Positions 9,324 through 19,030 of a DNA stretch of 64,000 bases are shown one piece after another. The stretch is from NCBI GenBank assembly GCA_045615365.1, contig JAZLEQ010000007.1, positions 1,029 to 65,028 of the forward strand, read 5' to 3'. The notes beneath the pieces were generated by a model, which was given only the letters and a program-made list of their open reading frames with translations, ran no database searches and was not told the DNA's origin. The first letter of the stretch is position 1, and every line of letters begins with the position of its first letter. The translations under genes and the position numbers were made by a program. The DNA comes from Alphaproteobacteria bacterium (GTDB lineage Bacteria > Pseudomonadota > Alphaproteobacteria > RF32 > CAG-239).

Positions 9324-10475
9324 TTATTGAGAAAAGTTCCTATATTCAAGCATTTTATTTGTCGCATCTTCCATAGATTTACGTACAGGGTCAGTCGTTA
9401 ATCTTGCATAAATTTGTGTGGATGCTTGTGATTTATGCCCTAAAGATTTTCCAATAATATTCAAACTTGTTCCCATTATGGCTTGATAGCTACCTAACGT
9501 TCGACGTATGTCATGTATTCTTAAATCAGAAATATTTGCCTCGGTTAAAATACGGTTCCATGCTTTTTTAGGGTCTTGCAAGTGTCCGTTAGGCAGAATC
9601 GGCGAAGGAAAAACCCATTCATTTTTTCTTTCTATAGAATTTAGTAATTCAATGGCCGCAGATACTAATGGAATATTTACCGGTTCTCCGTTTTTAGTAT
9701 CTGGGATTCTCCACATTCCCAAAGCAAAATCTATCTCCTCCCATCGCATAGCTAAGACATTGGATTTTCTAGCTCCGGTAAACAGCGACATTAATATATA
9801 ATTTTTAGCAACTTCGTTTGGTTCATTTTGTAAAGCATCAAAAAAACGACGAAATTCATCCGGATGTATAAATCTATCTCTTTTTATCTCTTTATTCTTT
9901 TTTATACCATTACAAGGATTAACACCATCCCATCCCCATTCAATAGCTCTATTATACATTGATTTTAGGCGTTCTAAGGTTCTATTGGCTTGGTAAAGCC
10001 CATTTTCTTCACTTATTTGCTCATGTAGTTTTTGAATTTGCAACTTGGTAATGTCAGAAATTCGTCTGTTAAACCACATACCTAAAAATTTAGGAATTTC
10101 TCGTTCGTCATATTTCCAAGATTTTTTAACTTTTTTAGAATAACGGTTCATAAATTGATTAAATAACTCACCTAATGTAATCTCTTTACGAAGCTTAGAC
10201 TTTTCCTCGTTAGGATTTATGTTTTCTGCAATTTGTAATTTTATAGCTTGTGCTTTAGAACGAGCGTTTTCTATGCTTAACGTCGGAAAATCACCTATAA
10301 TTATGCGTTCATCTCTGCCATTCACCATTTTTCTAACAAAAAATGTTTTTGTTCCATTAGCAGTAACATATATTTTTAGCCCTTTTTCCGTTGTATCAGA
10401 ATATGTTTTATATCCCTTTTCAGGAACAGGTAGGCTTTCTAATTTCTTCTTTATAAAATTAAATTTAGTTTCCAC
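9324..10475 (-). CDS. P4-like tyrosine integrase with arm-binding domain
   Basis: N-terminal GLKIYVTANGTKTFF arm-binding domain; TGARKSN, TKNG, HDIRRT, LGH, TQIYAR; GTG start at 10475 behind GAGGTG RBS. Confidence 0.93.
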   Translation of the reverse strand: METKFNFIKKKLESLPVPEKGYKTYSDTTEKGLKIYVTANGTKTFFVRKMVNGRDERIIIGDFPTLSIENARSKAQAIKLQIAENINPNEEKSKLRKEITLGELFNQFMNRYSKKVKKSWKYDEREIPKFLGMWFNRRISDITKLQIQKLHEQISEENGLYQANRTLERLKSMYNRAIEWGWDGVNPCNGIKKNKEIKRDRFIHPDEFRRFFDALQNEPNEVAKNYILMSLFTGARKSNVLAMRWEEIDFALGMWRIPDTKNGEPVNIPLVSAAIELLNSIERKNEWVFPSPILPNGHLQDPKKAWNRILTEANISDLRIHDIRRTLGSYQAIMGTSLNIIGKSLGHKSQASTQIYARLTTDPVRKSMEDATNKMLEYRNFSQ

Positions 10476-10489
10476 CGTCAAATCACCTC

Positions 10490-10510
10490 GTTGCCGAATT
10501 GTTGCCGAAT
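10490..10510. repeat. 10-bp direct repeat GTTGCCGAAT x2, probable integrase arm-type sites
   Basis: Copies at 10490-10499 and 10501-10510, between integrase start and att core. Confidence 0.55.
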
Positions 10511-10627
10511 ACATTATTAAAGTTTATACGTTTTTATTAAACTTCATAAAAGCAATATATAACATAACTTTTTGAAAATCAATAACTATATATATTAAAT
10601 TTAATTTTATAAAACTTGAGACCCAAA

Positions 10628-10674
10628 GGCTCATAACCTGAAGGTCGTAGGTTCAAATCCTGCCCCCGCAACCA
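10628..10674 (+). repeat. att site: 3' half of initiator tRNA-Met(CAT)
   Basis: GGCTCATAACCTGAAGGTCGTAGGTTCAAATCCTGCCCCCGCAACCA = anticodon arm, T arm and CCA; no 5' acceptor strand or D arm upstream. Confidence 0.88.
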
Positions 10675-10678
10675 AAAT

Positions 10679-10712
10679 AAAAAAGCCACTCGTCAGAGCG
10701 GCTTTTTTTTTA
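10679..10712. terminator. Bidirectional intrinsic terminator
   Basis: AAAAGCC..CTC GTCA GAG..GGCTTTTTTTT with A and T tracts. Confidence 0.7.
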
Positions 10713-10725
10713 CTTGTTTCACCTT

Positions 10726-11904
10726 TTAGGCCAAAAGATTGTCCGCAAGTTTTTCCAAAGCCGGAATATCGCTTGTTTTTAAGGCTGAACGGATGGTTAC
10801 TTTTTCCTCAATAATGTTCATATTTTTCAGTGAAGACATTTCCGCAATCATTTTTTGTGCCGCAACCGGAGCCCAAGACCCGTTTTCTATGAAACCTACT
10901 TTACGATTTTGGAAGTTTTTAGATTTAAGTTTATTGATAAAAGTTTCCATATAAGGGAACATTCCACCGTCGTAAGTTGACGAAGCCAAAACAAGTGTGC
11001 TGTAGCGGAATGCATCTTCAACACATTCGGCCATATCATCGCGAGCAAGGTCTGCTATTGATACTTCTTTAGCACCTTTGGCCTCAAGAATTTCCTTCAA
11101 TTTTTCGGCTGCTTTTTTGGTATTGCCATAGATTGATGCATAGGCAATAAACACACCTTCGTCTTCCGGTTGGTAACTACTCCAAATATTATATTTATTT
11201 ATGTAGTAGCCCAGATTTTCGGTTAGCATCGGACCATGTAGGGGGTATATTTTTTGAATATCGAGCGAGGCAGCCTTTTTGAGCAATGCTTGAACGGGAG
11301 CTCCATATTTACCGACAATGTTGATGTAGTAGCGACGAGCTTCGCAATCCCATTCTTCGTCGACACCCAAGACTCCGAATTTACCGAATGCATCGGCTGA
11401 AAATAAAATCTTTTCTTTCTTTTCGTAGGCAACCATAACTTCCGGCCAATGAACCATCGGTGCCATTACAAAAGTGAGAACATGTTCACCCAAAACCAAA
11501 TCCCGCCCCTCAGCAACAACAACCTGACGTTCTGTCAAATCCAAGTTTTCAAAAAATTGAGGCATCATCTGAAATGTTTTGGCATTGGATACAACCTTGG
11601 CATTTTTATAACGGTTTAAGAACTTTTCAATACTGCCGGCATGGTCCGGTTCCATATGCAAAACGACCAAGTAGTCCGGCTCTTTTCCGGATAAAACTTT
11701 TTCTAAATTTTGACACCATTCATCGCATTTGGTTAAGTCAACGGTATCCATAACCGCAATTTTTTCATCCATAATCACATAGGAATTATATGAAATCCCG
11801 TTAGGAACAACATATTGCCCTTCAAAGAGATCTATATCGTTATCATTAACACCTATATAAAATATTTTATCACTAAGTTGATTATTCTGCATTGCTTTCT
11901 CCAT
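10726..11904 (-). CDS. fprA: FprA family flavodiiron protein
   Basis: HMEPDH, APMVHWPE, SADAFG, PLHGP and flavodoxin SIYGNT motifs. Confidence 0.92.
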   Translation of the reverse strand: MEKAMQNNQLSDKIFYIGVNDNDIDLFEGQYVVPNGISYNSYVIMDEKIAVMDTVDLTKCDEWCQNLEKVLSGKEPDYLVVLHMEPDHAGSIEKFLNRYKNAKVVSNAKTFQMMPQFFENLDLTERQVVVAEGRDLVLGEHVLTFVMAPMVHWPEVMVAYEKKEKILFSADAFGKFGVLGVDEEWDCEARRYYINIVGKYGAPVQALLKKAASLDIQKIYPLHGPMLTENLGYYINKYNIWSSYQPEDEGVFIAYASIYGNTKKAAEKLKEILEAKGAKEVSIADLARDDMAECVEDAFRYSTLVLASSTYDGGMFPYMETFINKLKSKNFQNRKVGFIENGSWAPVAAQKMIAEMSSLKNMNIIEEKVTIRSALKTSDIPALEKLADNLLA

Positions 11905-11999
11905 TTACATACACTTTTCTTATCGCAAAAATATTTTAATTTGCAATAATTTGATTGCAAGAAAATATATGCAATTTTTCAAATTTTTAAATGGAGAAT

Positions 12000-12038
12000 A
12001 AAAAAAGCACTTGAGGGTGGATCAGTCCCCCAAGTGCT
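12000..12038 (-). terminator. Intrinsic terminator downstream of small ORF
   Basis: GCACTTG..GG / CC..CAAGTGC stem followed by T-tract on minus strand. Confidence 0.6.
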
Positions 12039-12105
12039 CTCCGACAACTATACACCTATGTCAGAAGAAAGAAACACACACTGTCGGCATGCATATTTCT
12101 TTTTT

Positions 12106-12285
12106 TTATTCCCTATCTTGGAGGATTCTCTCCACCATAGTTAAGAACTGTCGTTCTCGATATGACGGATAGTCAATGAATGCCAGTTCTTTTCTCAAAT
12201 CTTGAATTTCAATAGTTGAGAAGCCTTCTAAATAATTCTCAGCATCAGCATAGGACATGCTGAGAATTTCTTTTATTTTTTTCAT
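12106..12285 (-). CDS. Small hypothetical protein (59 aa)
   Basis: ATG at 12285, protein-like helical composition, own terminator. Confidence 0.55.
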   Translation of the reverse strand: MKKIKEILSMSYADAENYLEGFSTIEIQDLRKELAFIDYPSYRERQFLTMVERILQDRE

Positions 12286-12481
12286 TTCTTTCTTTTTTGT
12301 GCCGACTGTGTCGTTTTTTTTCAATCGGCTGGTTAATAAATAGAATTACTCTGTTTATAAACCTATTGGTTTTGCCATAATAAACAAAATAATTCGTGAA
12401 TTAAATCTTTCATAACATGATTTTACGAATGATGCAACAATATTTTAGACAAAATTTATGAAAATACGAAAAATCAATCAG

Positions 12482-14059
12482 CTAGCGATTTTTCGGCGGC
12501 AATATTTTGTCAAGAAATGTAATTTGAGAAAGCGAATCGGAATCTTTTGCTTTATATTTATTGAATATGCTTTTTAGAATATGACGATTTTTTAACGGGT
12601 TTCGCGTGGCGGCAGCAATTTCTCGACCAACGACAAATGATTTTTGCGAAAATAAACTCAAGTCTTTGTTGGTGCTGCATTTCGCAACAATTTCTTTGGC
12701 CGAGGGAACTTCATCGTTGTTATTATACCAAAATTGTCCGATATTTTTAATTAAAGCGGCTTGTTTTTGACCAACTTCGGTTAATAGATCGTCATTTATG
12801 GTGGCAAAAGCATGAGTATGTTCGGCACCGCCTATTAATATTCTGTCAAAAGCCATTAAAATTTCTTGGCGATTGATATCTATGAATGCCGATTTATTAC
12901 CTTTGCCGGCGCTAAATTCTGAGCATTCATCCAAATACAGCGGATAGCCGCACGAATATTTAAGATCGTAGTCAGGGTCAAGCTGTCCATCTTTAACCGA
13001 ATAACGATGAAAAACAGTGAAATCTAAGCAATCTGTAAACTCTTGTTGGCTGTTGTTGGTTAAACATATTGCTTCTTTCATAATATCGTTTTGTTCTTTT
13101 GGAGTGTAGCCCAAGTCCATCATTTTTTTGTGCAGCAATATGCTGAAGTCTTTGAGATCACAAGAACCATAGCAATGCGGAATAATCATAAGATTACGCA
13201 AATTGGACTTTGCTTCGGAAAGAGAATAACGTTGCGGTTTTTGCCCCGATGTGTCGGCAATAAAAGGCAAAAATTTTTCAATAAATTCACGTTCAAAATC
13301 GGCTATTTTTTGCTGTCTTTGCTTTTGAATAGGTAAAATCATTGTAACCACTGAGTTAATCGGGCGATAACATGAACAAAGCTGAACATTTGCCATTTGT
13401 TCGGAAGAAAGATCCAACGACTTAACAAAAAGATTGATGTTGCCAAGAGCTTTGTTCGGAGCGGTTGTTTGGTCTCCTCCTAAGAATAAAATGGTCTTTT
13501 TCTTTGGTGATATTGCTGTTTTAAGCTGCAATTTGTCGTTTGCGTCTTTTATACCTATACGATAATAGGAATATATGTCAGGGTTAATATATACTTGTTC
13601 GCCTTCAACTTTATAATGCAATGTTTTATCCGCGCCCAAACATAGTTGAAAATCAGTTTTTCTGATACAGTGAACCTCATTATTTTCATGATAGCTTATA
13701 AATGTATCATCAGTATGGCGTTCGTAGGCAACTGTTTTGCCATCATCGCGATAAAACTTTTCGTTTCCCTCTTTGTCTTTTTCAATTCTTTTGCGCCCCG
13801 TGGTTTTATCATATTTTATTATTGAACCTTCAGACGTATATTCTTCACTTTTTAAACCGTTATCATCATATATTTCGTAAGACCCGTCTTCATATATGCG
13901 TTTTTGTGAATATATTTTTTTTCCTTCTTCTGAGGCAATATCAAAATCAGGACAAAAATAGTCATCTATCACTATTTTGCCCAAATTTTTATTATCAAAT
14001 ATTATCTCTTTTAGTCGCTTTGCCACAGAAAACCTTTTTCTAAATTTGAAATAAAACAA
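12482..14059 (-). CDS. Orphan modular protein: MORN/YwqK-like repeats + alpha/beta-hydrolase-like domain
   Basis: Repeated YxxG beta-hairpin units at N-terminus; ILFLGG and IIPHCYG elbow-like motifs; start uncertain. Confidence 0.55.
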   Translation of the reverse strand: MFYFKFRKRFSVAKRLKEIIFDNKNLGKIVIDDYFCPDFDIASEEGKKIYSQKRIYEDGSYEIYDDNGLKSEEYTSEGSIIKYDKTTGRKRIEKDKEGNEKFYRDDGKTVAYERHTDDTFISYHENNEVHCIRKTDFQLCLGADKTLHYKVEGEQVYINPDIYSYYRIGIKDANDKLQLKTAISPKKKTILFLGGDQTTAPNKALGNINLFVKSLDLSSEQMANVQLCSCYRPINSVVTMILPIQKQRQQKIADFEREFIEKFLPFIADTSGQKPQRYSLSEAKSNLRNLMIIPHCYGSCDLKDFSILLHKKMMDLGYTPKEQNDIMKEAICLTNNSQQEFTDCLDFTVFHRYSVKDGQLDPDYDLKYSCGYPLYLDECSEFSAGKGNKSAFIDINRQEILMAFDRILIGGAEHTHAFATINDDLLTEVGQKQAALIKNIGQFWYNNNDEVPSAKEIVAKCSTNKDLSLFSQKSFVVGREIAAATRNPLKNRHILKSIFNKYKAKDSDSLSQITFLDKILPPKNR

Positions 14060-14120
14060 ACAAGACTGTGAGATAATACACTAAATAGACAAAACTGTAA
14101 AGAATATTTGTCAAAAAAAA

Positions 14121-15029
14121 TTATTTTAAATCCAATAGTGATTGAGAAAAATCAGAAACGCTGAATTCAATAAGATCATCTATCCCTTCCCCAACACCGA
14201 CAAAATATATGGGCAAAGGCTGTTCCTTTGCTATGGCAACGATTATACCTCCTCGCGCAGTGCCATCGAGTTTATTTATTATCAGCCCGTTAACTCCGGC
14301 AATTTCTTTGAATATTTTAACCTGCTCCAATGCATTTTGACCGGTGGTAGCATCAATACAGAGCAATGTGTGATGAGGAGCGTTTGGAATTATTTTTTGA
14401 ATTACCCTGACTATTTTTTTCAATTCTTCGGTAAGGTTCGTTTTATTTTGCAGGCGCCCTGCCGTATCGATAAAAACTATCTCATCACCTTGTTTAATTG
14501 CTTCGTTTATTCCATCAAAACAAAGACCAGCAGCATCGCATCCTGAGGGGCCTGAAAAAACTCTTATTTGATTGCGTTCGCCCCAAACATTCAACTGTTC
14601 AACAGCTGCTGCACGAAATGTATCTCCGGCTATAAGGCTTATTTTTTTTCCCTTAAATTTGTGAGCCAGTTTGCCGATTGCGGTTGTTTTTCCGGCTCCG
14701 TTCACCCCAACCATCAAAATTATTTGCGGTTTAATAGGCGAAATTTCAAGTTTTTTTTCGGTTGGCGCCAATATTATTTTAATTTCTTCCGATAATGCTT
14801 GTTTGATTTCATCCAAAGAAGCCTCTTTATCCATTCTTTGAGATGAAAATTTATTGATTATAGAAGTTGTAGCACTAACCCCCATGTCTGATGTAAGGAG
14901 CAATTCCTCCAATTCATCTAATGTGGAAGAATCGAGTTTTTTCTTAGTGAAGATATCAGATATACCGGAACTTAATTTATCTGATGATTTTTTTAGGCCC
15001 GATTTTATGCGTTGAAAAAAACTAACCAT
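14121..15029 (-). CDS. ftsY: Signal recognition particle receptor FtsY
   Basis: GVNGAGKTT, DTFRAAA, DTAGRLQN, KLDGTARGG. Confidence 0.97.
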   Translation of the reverse strand: MVSFFQRIKSGLKKSSDKLSSGISDIFTKKKLDSSTLDELEELLLTSDMGVSATTSIINKFSSQRMDKEASLDEIKQALSEEIKIILAPTEKKLEISPIKPQIILMVGVNGAGKTTAIGKLAHKFKGKKISLIAGDTFRAAAVEQLNVWGERNQIRVFSGPSGCDAAGLCFDGINEAIKQGDEIVFIDTAGRLQNKTNLTEELKKIVRVIQKIIPNAPHHTLLCIDATTGQNALEQVKIFKEIAGVNGLIINKLDGTARGGIIVAIAKEQPLPIYFVGVGEGIDDLIEFSVSDFSQSLLDLK

Positions 15030-16065
15030 TTGCTTCTTCCCCTTCTTGACGCAAAATATTGGCTCGGCGACGGCGCTCTTCCACCGGAACTTGCGGCATT
15101 AGAGCTGCGGGGGTCCCTGAGCGTTCGGAGTATGGGAATACGTGAAGTTTAGTGATTCCGGCTTCGCGAACGAGCTTTACGGTATTTAGAAATTGGTCTT
15201 CGGTTTCGGTTGGAAAACCGCAAATAAAATCTGCTCCGAAGGTAGCTTCTGAACGTGCTTTTCGAATTTTATCACAAAGCGATATAACGTCTTCCCTTGT
15301 ATGACGGCGACGCATTCTTTTTAATACCATGTTATCGCCTGACTGAACTGAAAAATGAAAATGCGGTGCAATATTTTTATTGCTTTTCACTAAAATAACA
15401 AAGTCATCATCAATAGCAGCAGGATCAAGCGAGCCGAATTGTAAAGAGGGAAGCTCAGGTATCTCCGTTAATATGGATGCAACCAATGCACTAAAAGACG
15501 GTTCATACGAGCAAATATCCACACCGGTTAAGCATATTTCCTTAAAACCTTTGGCTAAAAGTTCTTTAATTTGAGCAATAATTTCCTCTTTGGCAACAGA
15601 ACGGTTGTTTCCTCGTGCATAGGGCACAATACAATATGTGCACCGATGATTGCAACCTTGCTGAATTTGAACGAATGCCCGTTGCCGCCCCTCAAAACCG
15701 GTAATCAAGTAATCATCGTATCCTTCATAAGAGAAGATATCCCCCACAATGGTTTTTCCTTTTAGATCTTGAGACAATATTTTATCTATCTCTTTTTTTT
15801 CTTTATTTCCTAAAACCAAGTAAACTTCCGGCATTTGCGCAAATTTAGCAGAAGAAACTTGAGCGGAACAACCGGTTACCACAATTTTGGAATCCGGATT
15901 TTCTTTGGCTAACTTGCGAATAGCCTGACGACACTGGCGTTCAGCTTCGGCTGTTACTGCGCAAGTGTTGACTATTATCAAATTTTCCATATGAGCAAGT
16001 TTTTCTTTGATAACTTCTGACTCATATGCGTTTATTCTGCATCCGAATGTTATTACTTTTGCCAT
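15022..16065 (-). CDS. mtaB: tRNA methylthiotransferase MtaB (MiaB-like), no TRAM domain
   Basis: TFGCRINAYES, NTCAVT, TGC, CNHRCTYC radical SAM motif; directly upstream of ftsY as in alphaproteobacteria. Confidence 0.85.
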   Translation of the reverse strand: MAKVITFGCRINAYESEVIKEKLAHMENLIIVNTCAVTAEAERQCRQAIRKLAKENPDSKIVVTGCSAQVSSAKFAQMPEVYLVLGNKEKKEIDKILSQDLKGKTIVGDIFSYEGYDDYLITGFEGRQRAFVQIQQGCNHRCTYCIVPYARGNNRSVAKEEIIAQIKELLAKGFKEICLTGVDICSYEPSFSALVASILTEIPELPSLQFGSLDPAAIDDDFVILVKSNKNIAPHFHFSVQSGDNMVLKRMRRRHTREDVISLCDKIRKARSEATFGADFICGFPTETEDQFLNTVKLVREAGITKLHVFPYSERSGTPAALMPQVPVEERRRRANILRQEGEEANG

Positions 16066-16220
16066 TGTCTTCTTTTTTGTAAAATCAACTGATTGTCCGT
16101 AATATAAAAGTAAAAGCTTTTTTAAGCAACCAAAAAAACGGCAAATTATAAATTTATTAATACTTTAATGTGATAATGAGCCCAAACTTATTCAGTTCTT
16201 CAAATTTAAGGAGTATCATC

Positions 16221-17033
16221 ATGAAATGTTTGAGATTATTACCGGCATTGGCTTTAAGCCTTTTTTCATTTGAAAACGCAAATGCTGCTGAAGATTTTAC
16301 AAACCCGCTTTATCTACCGAGTGAAGGCGAAGTTTTGTCGTCAACTTCAATCGGTTATGAAAGAGAAAAATTTGATAGCCTCGGCACAAAAGAAGATTTT
16401 TTAGCTCGCGAAAATTTAATGTTTGGAATCGCCGACGAAACTGCAGTTATTGCTACTATAGGGAACCGTTTTAATTTCAGCTACCTGACAAATAAAGATT
16501 ACAACAATGAGCTAAATCTTGATTATGAGTTGGGAATTGCCAAAAACTTTCGTTTTGAAAATGGTTGGTTGATGCAGGCAAATGCTTCTTATCACACCTT
16601 TGATCCCGAATCATGGTATGGGCATAACGGTGTTGCCAAAGAAAAAATAGAAGATATTTACGGCAATACACGTTGGCAAAAAGAAATTGCCGGCGAAGTT
16701 ATGGCCGGATATGAATTGGAAGACGGGCTTATGCCTTATGCAAGTTTAGGTTTAAGCAGCAATATTGATGACGCCGATCGCACTTTACAATATTCGGTTT
16801 TTGCAGGTGTTCACAAAACAGAATACCAATTTTCTTATGACGCAGGATTGCGTTATGATTTTGAAACAACCGATGACAAAAATCAGAATTGGTATATGGA
16901 AGGTGCTGCAGATTATTTCTTTAGCGACAATATGAGTGTCGGCGGGGTGCTAAAATATCGTTTCGGCGGAGAAAACGAACCTGATGTTGATTACGGATAT
17001 AGTGCAGAAGCCAGATTCAAAATATTGTTCTGA
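16221..17033 (+). CDS. Putative outer membrane beta-barrel protein
   Basis: Signal peptide (ANA), aromatic alternating strands, C-terminal Phe; AAGGAG RBS. Confidence 0.7.
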   Translation: MKCLRLLPALALSLFSFENANAAEDFTNPLYLPSEGEVLSSTSIGYEREKFDSLGTKEDFLARENLMFGIADETAVIATIGNRFNFSYLTNKDYNNELNLDYELGIAKNFRFENGWLMQANASYHTFDPESWYGHNGVAKEKIEDIYGNTRWQKEIAGEVMAGYELEDGLMPYASLGLSSNIDDADRTLQYSVFAGVHKTEYQFSYDAGLRYDFETTDDKNQNWYMEGAADYFFSDNMSVGGVLKYRFGGENEPDVDYGYSAEARFKILF

Positions 17034-17056
17034 TTAAAAAATGTTACTACTCCAAA

Positions 17057-17090
17057 AATGAAATGCCCCGTTTATTCGGGGCATTTCATT
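17057..17090. terminator. Bidirectional terminator between convergent genes
   Basis: AATGAAATGCCCCG tttatt CGGGGCATTTCATT. Confidence 0.75.
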
Positions 17091-18027
17091 ATATCATTTC
17101 AAGAGCTTGTTCTGAGAGTTCTTTGATTTTTAAAGAACTTTGTTTGAGCTTTTCATTTTCATCGTTGCTGAGTTCAGGAAATAAAACATTATGCACGCCT
17201 CTTTTGCCAATGACTGTAGGCATTGAAATACAAACATTGCTTACTCCGGCAACATTTTCATGAAAAGTTGAAACCGTTAATATGGCATATTCGTTGGAGG
17301 AAATGGCCTGACAAATGCGCGTCAGTCCTCCGGCTATACCATAGTAAGTAGCCCCCTTGCCTTCAATTATTTTATATGCGGCATTACGCACATCATCATC
17401 AATACTTTGCTTTACCGCATCAGTTAGCGGTTTGTTCAGATCTGCCGCCAATTTTGTTAAAGGAATCGTTCCTCCGTCACCTCCACTCCAACATAAAACC
17501 TCGCTATCGCCGTGCTCTCCCAGCACATTAGCGTGAAGAGATTTTGGTGAAATACCTAAATAGAATCCCAAATCCGTGCGAAAACGAGCCGTATCAAGAA
17601 TTGTGCCGCTTCCAATAACCTTATTTTTGGGAAAACCCGACAACTTTATGGTGGCTGCAGTCATCACGTCAACCGGATTTGTGGCAACAAGCAATGTTGC
17701 TTGCGGCGCATTCTCTGCAACCTGAGGAATAACATCGGCAAAAACTTTTAAGTTTCGTTCCATCAAAGAAATGCGTGTTTCGCCTTTTTTTTGATTTGCT
17801 CCTGCAGTTATAATTACCACTTCGCAACCACATAAATCGGAGTAATTACCCGCCTTTACCTTATTGGCATATGCAAAAGGAGCTGCATGGGCAATATCTC
17901 TAGCCTCAGCCCATGCCCGTTTTTCATCAATGTCAACCAAAACAATCTTCCTTGCCACTCCTCGCATTATTAATGCAAATGCAGTAGCAGCACCGACGGA
18001 ACCGGCTCCGACAATTCCAACCATCAT
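17089..18027 (-). CDS. ldh: L-lactate dehydrogenase
   Basis: GAGSVG, ITAGANQKKGETR (Gln = lactate specificity), NPVD, LDTARF, GEHGDS, KGATYYGIA. Confidence 0.92.
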   Translation of the reverse strand: MMVGIVGAGSVGAATAFALIMRGVARKIVLVDIDEKRAWAEARDIAHAAPFAYANKVKAGNYSDLCGCEVVIITAGANQKKGETRISLMERNLKVFADVIPQVAENAPQATLLVATNPVDVMTAATIKLSGFPKNKVIGSGTILDTARFRTDLGFYLGISPKSLHANVLGEHGDSEVLCWSGGDGGTIPLTKLAADLNKPLTDAVKQSIDDDVRNAAYKIIEGKGATYYGIAGGLTRICQAISSNEYAILTVSTFHENVAGVSNVCISMPTVIGKRGVHNVLFPELSNDENEKLKQSSLKIKELSEQALEMI

Positions 18028-18141
18028 TTTTTATTCTCCTTTTTTTGACATTCATCCATATGATTTAGTTGTCGTCAAATAAAAAACAACCCTCTCAAAA
18101 CAATGAGAGGGTTGCTTGAATTGTATCTTATTATAAGAAGA

Positions 18142-18432
18142 TTATTCTACGATACTTTCGCCTTCATCAGCAGTTTCAGCAGGATTTTCTTCAATAACTT
18201 CAACAACTTCAGCTTCAATAACTTCTGCTGTAGCTTCAGCAGGAGCAGCAGGCTCTGCGGCAACAGGAGCTGCAGCTTCAGCAGGAACAGCAGGCTCTGT
18301 TGTTTCAGAAACAGTAACTTCTTCAGTTACTTGAGCTGTTGCAGGGGCTTTATCAGACATATAACCTTTAAGCAAAAATGCCAAACCGGCCAAAATTGCC
18401 AGAACAACTAATATATATACAACTTTTTTCAT
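18142..18432 (-). CDS. Membrane-anchored acidic Ala/Pro/Glu-rich protein
   Basis: N-terminal TM helix, low-complexity tail, AGGAG RBS, downstream terminator near 18087-18114. Confidence 0.75.
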   Translation of the reverse strand: MKKVVYILVVLAILAGLAFLLKGYMSDKAPATAQVTEEVTVSETTEPAVPAEAAAPVAAEPAAPAEATAEVIEAEVVEVIEENPAETADEGESIVE

Positions 18433-18715
18433 ATTAAACTCCTAAATTATCTTTCTTTAATAGAATTATGCTTTTAGCGGTCAATTGTCAATATAATTTA
18501 ATACTTATTATATATTTATTAATTTTTTCAAACTTTTTTTGATTGAAAATGCAAAAAAAATAATAAGTATTTTTAAACAGTTAGACTATTTTAAATGCAT
18601 TGCTGTGCGTTTTTTTGAAATAATGCTTGCCATTTTAGAGAAAATAGTGCTAACTTTTGTTCGAACGACCTTGTAAGAGGTTTGATTAATTTTTAATTTT
18701 TTGAGGATTACATAT

Positions 18716-18949
18716 ATGACTGATACAGCAAATCGCGTTAAGAAAATCGTTGCAGAGCATCTTGGCGTTGAAGAATCTAAAGTTACCGAAGCTGCTAGCT
18801 TTATTGACGATTTGGGCGCAGATAGTTTGGATACTGTAGAATTGGTTATGGCTTTTGAAGAAGAATTCGGTTGCGAAATTCCTGATGAAGCTGCTGAAAA
18901 AATTCTTACAGTTAAAGATGCTATTGATTATCTTTCAAAAAATGCTTAA
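18716..18949 (+). CDS. acpP: Acyl carrier protein
   Basis: [20 protein letters not shown]; upstream of fabF. Confidence 0.97.
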   Translation: MTDTANRVKKIVAEHLGVEESKVTEAASFIDDLGADSLDTVELVMAFEEEFGCEIPDEAAEKILTVKDAIDYLSKNA

Positions 18950-19030
18950 GTCTGTTTGACTTCAGGAATGTGATGAAACTCGCCTGTTTTTGTTTGGCGA
19001 GTTTCATTTGTTTTTTAGGGTTTGAAAAAA

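Larger units (their letters stand above)
1..10674. mobile_element. Genomic island integrated at tRNA-fMet (right end; left end outside window)
   Basis: P4-like integrase next to a displaced tRNA 3' fragment at 10628-10674; visibly more AT-rich than flanking core genes; defence and recombinase cargo. Confidence 0.85.

Noticed and set aside
10628-10674. Complete tRNA-Met gene
   Set aside because: 5' acceptor strand and D arm are absent; it is an att fragment
15022-16065. mtaB as a pseudogene because it lacks TRAM
   Set aside because: Catalytic motifs are intact and the stop overlaps the ftsY start, consistent with a naturally short form
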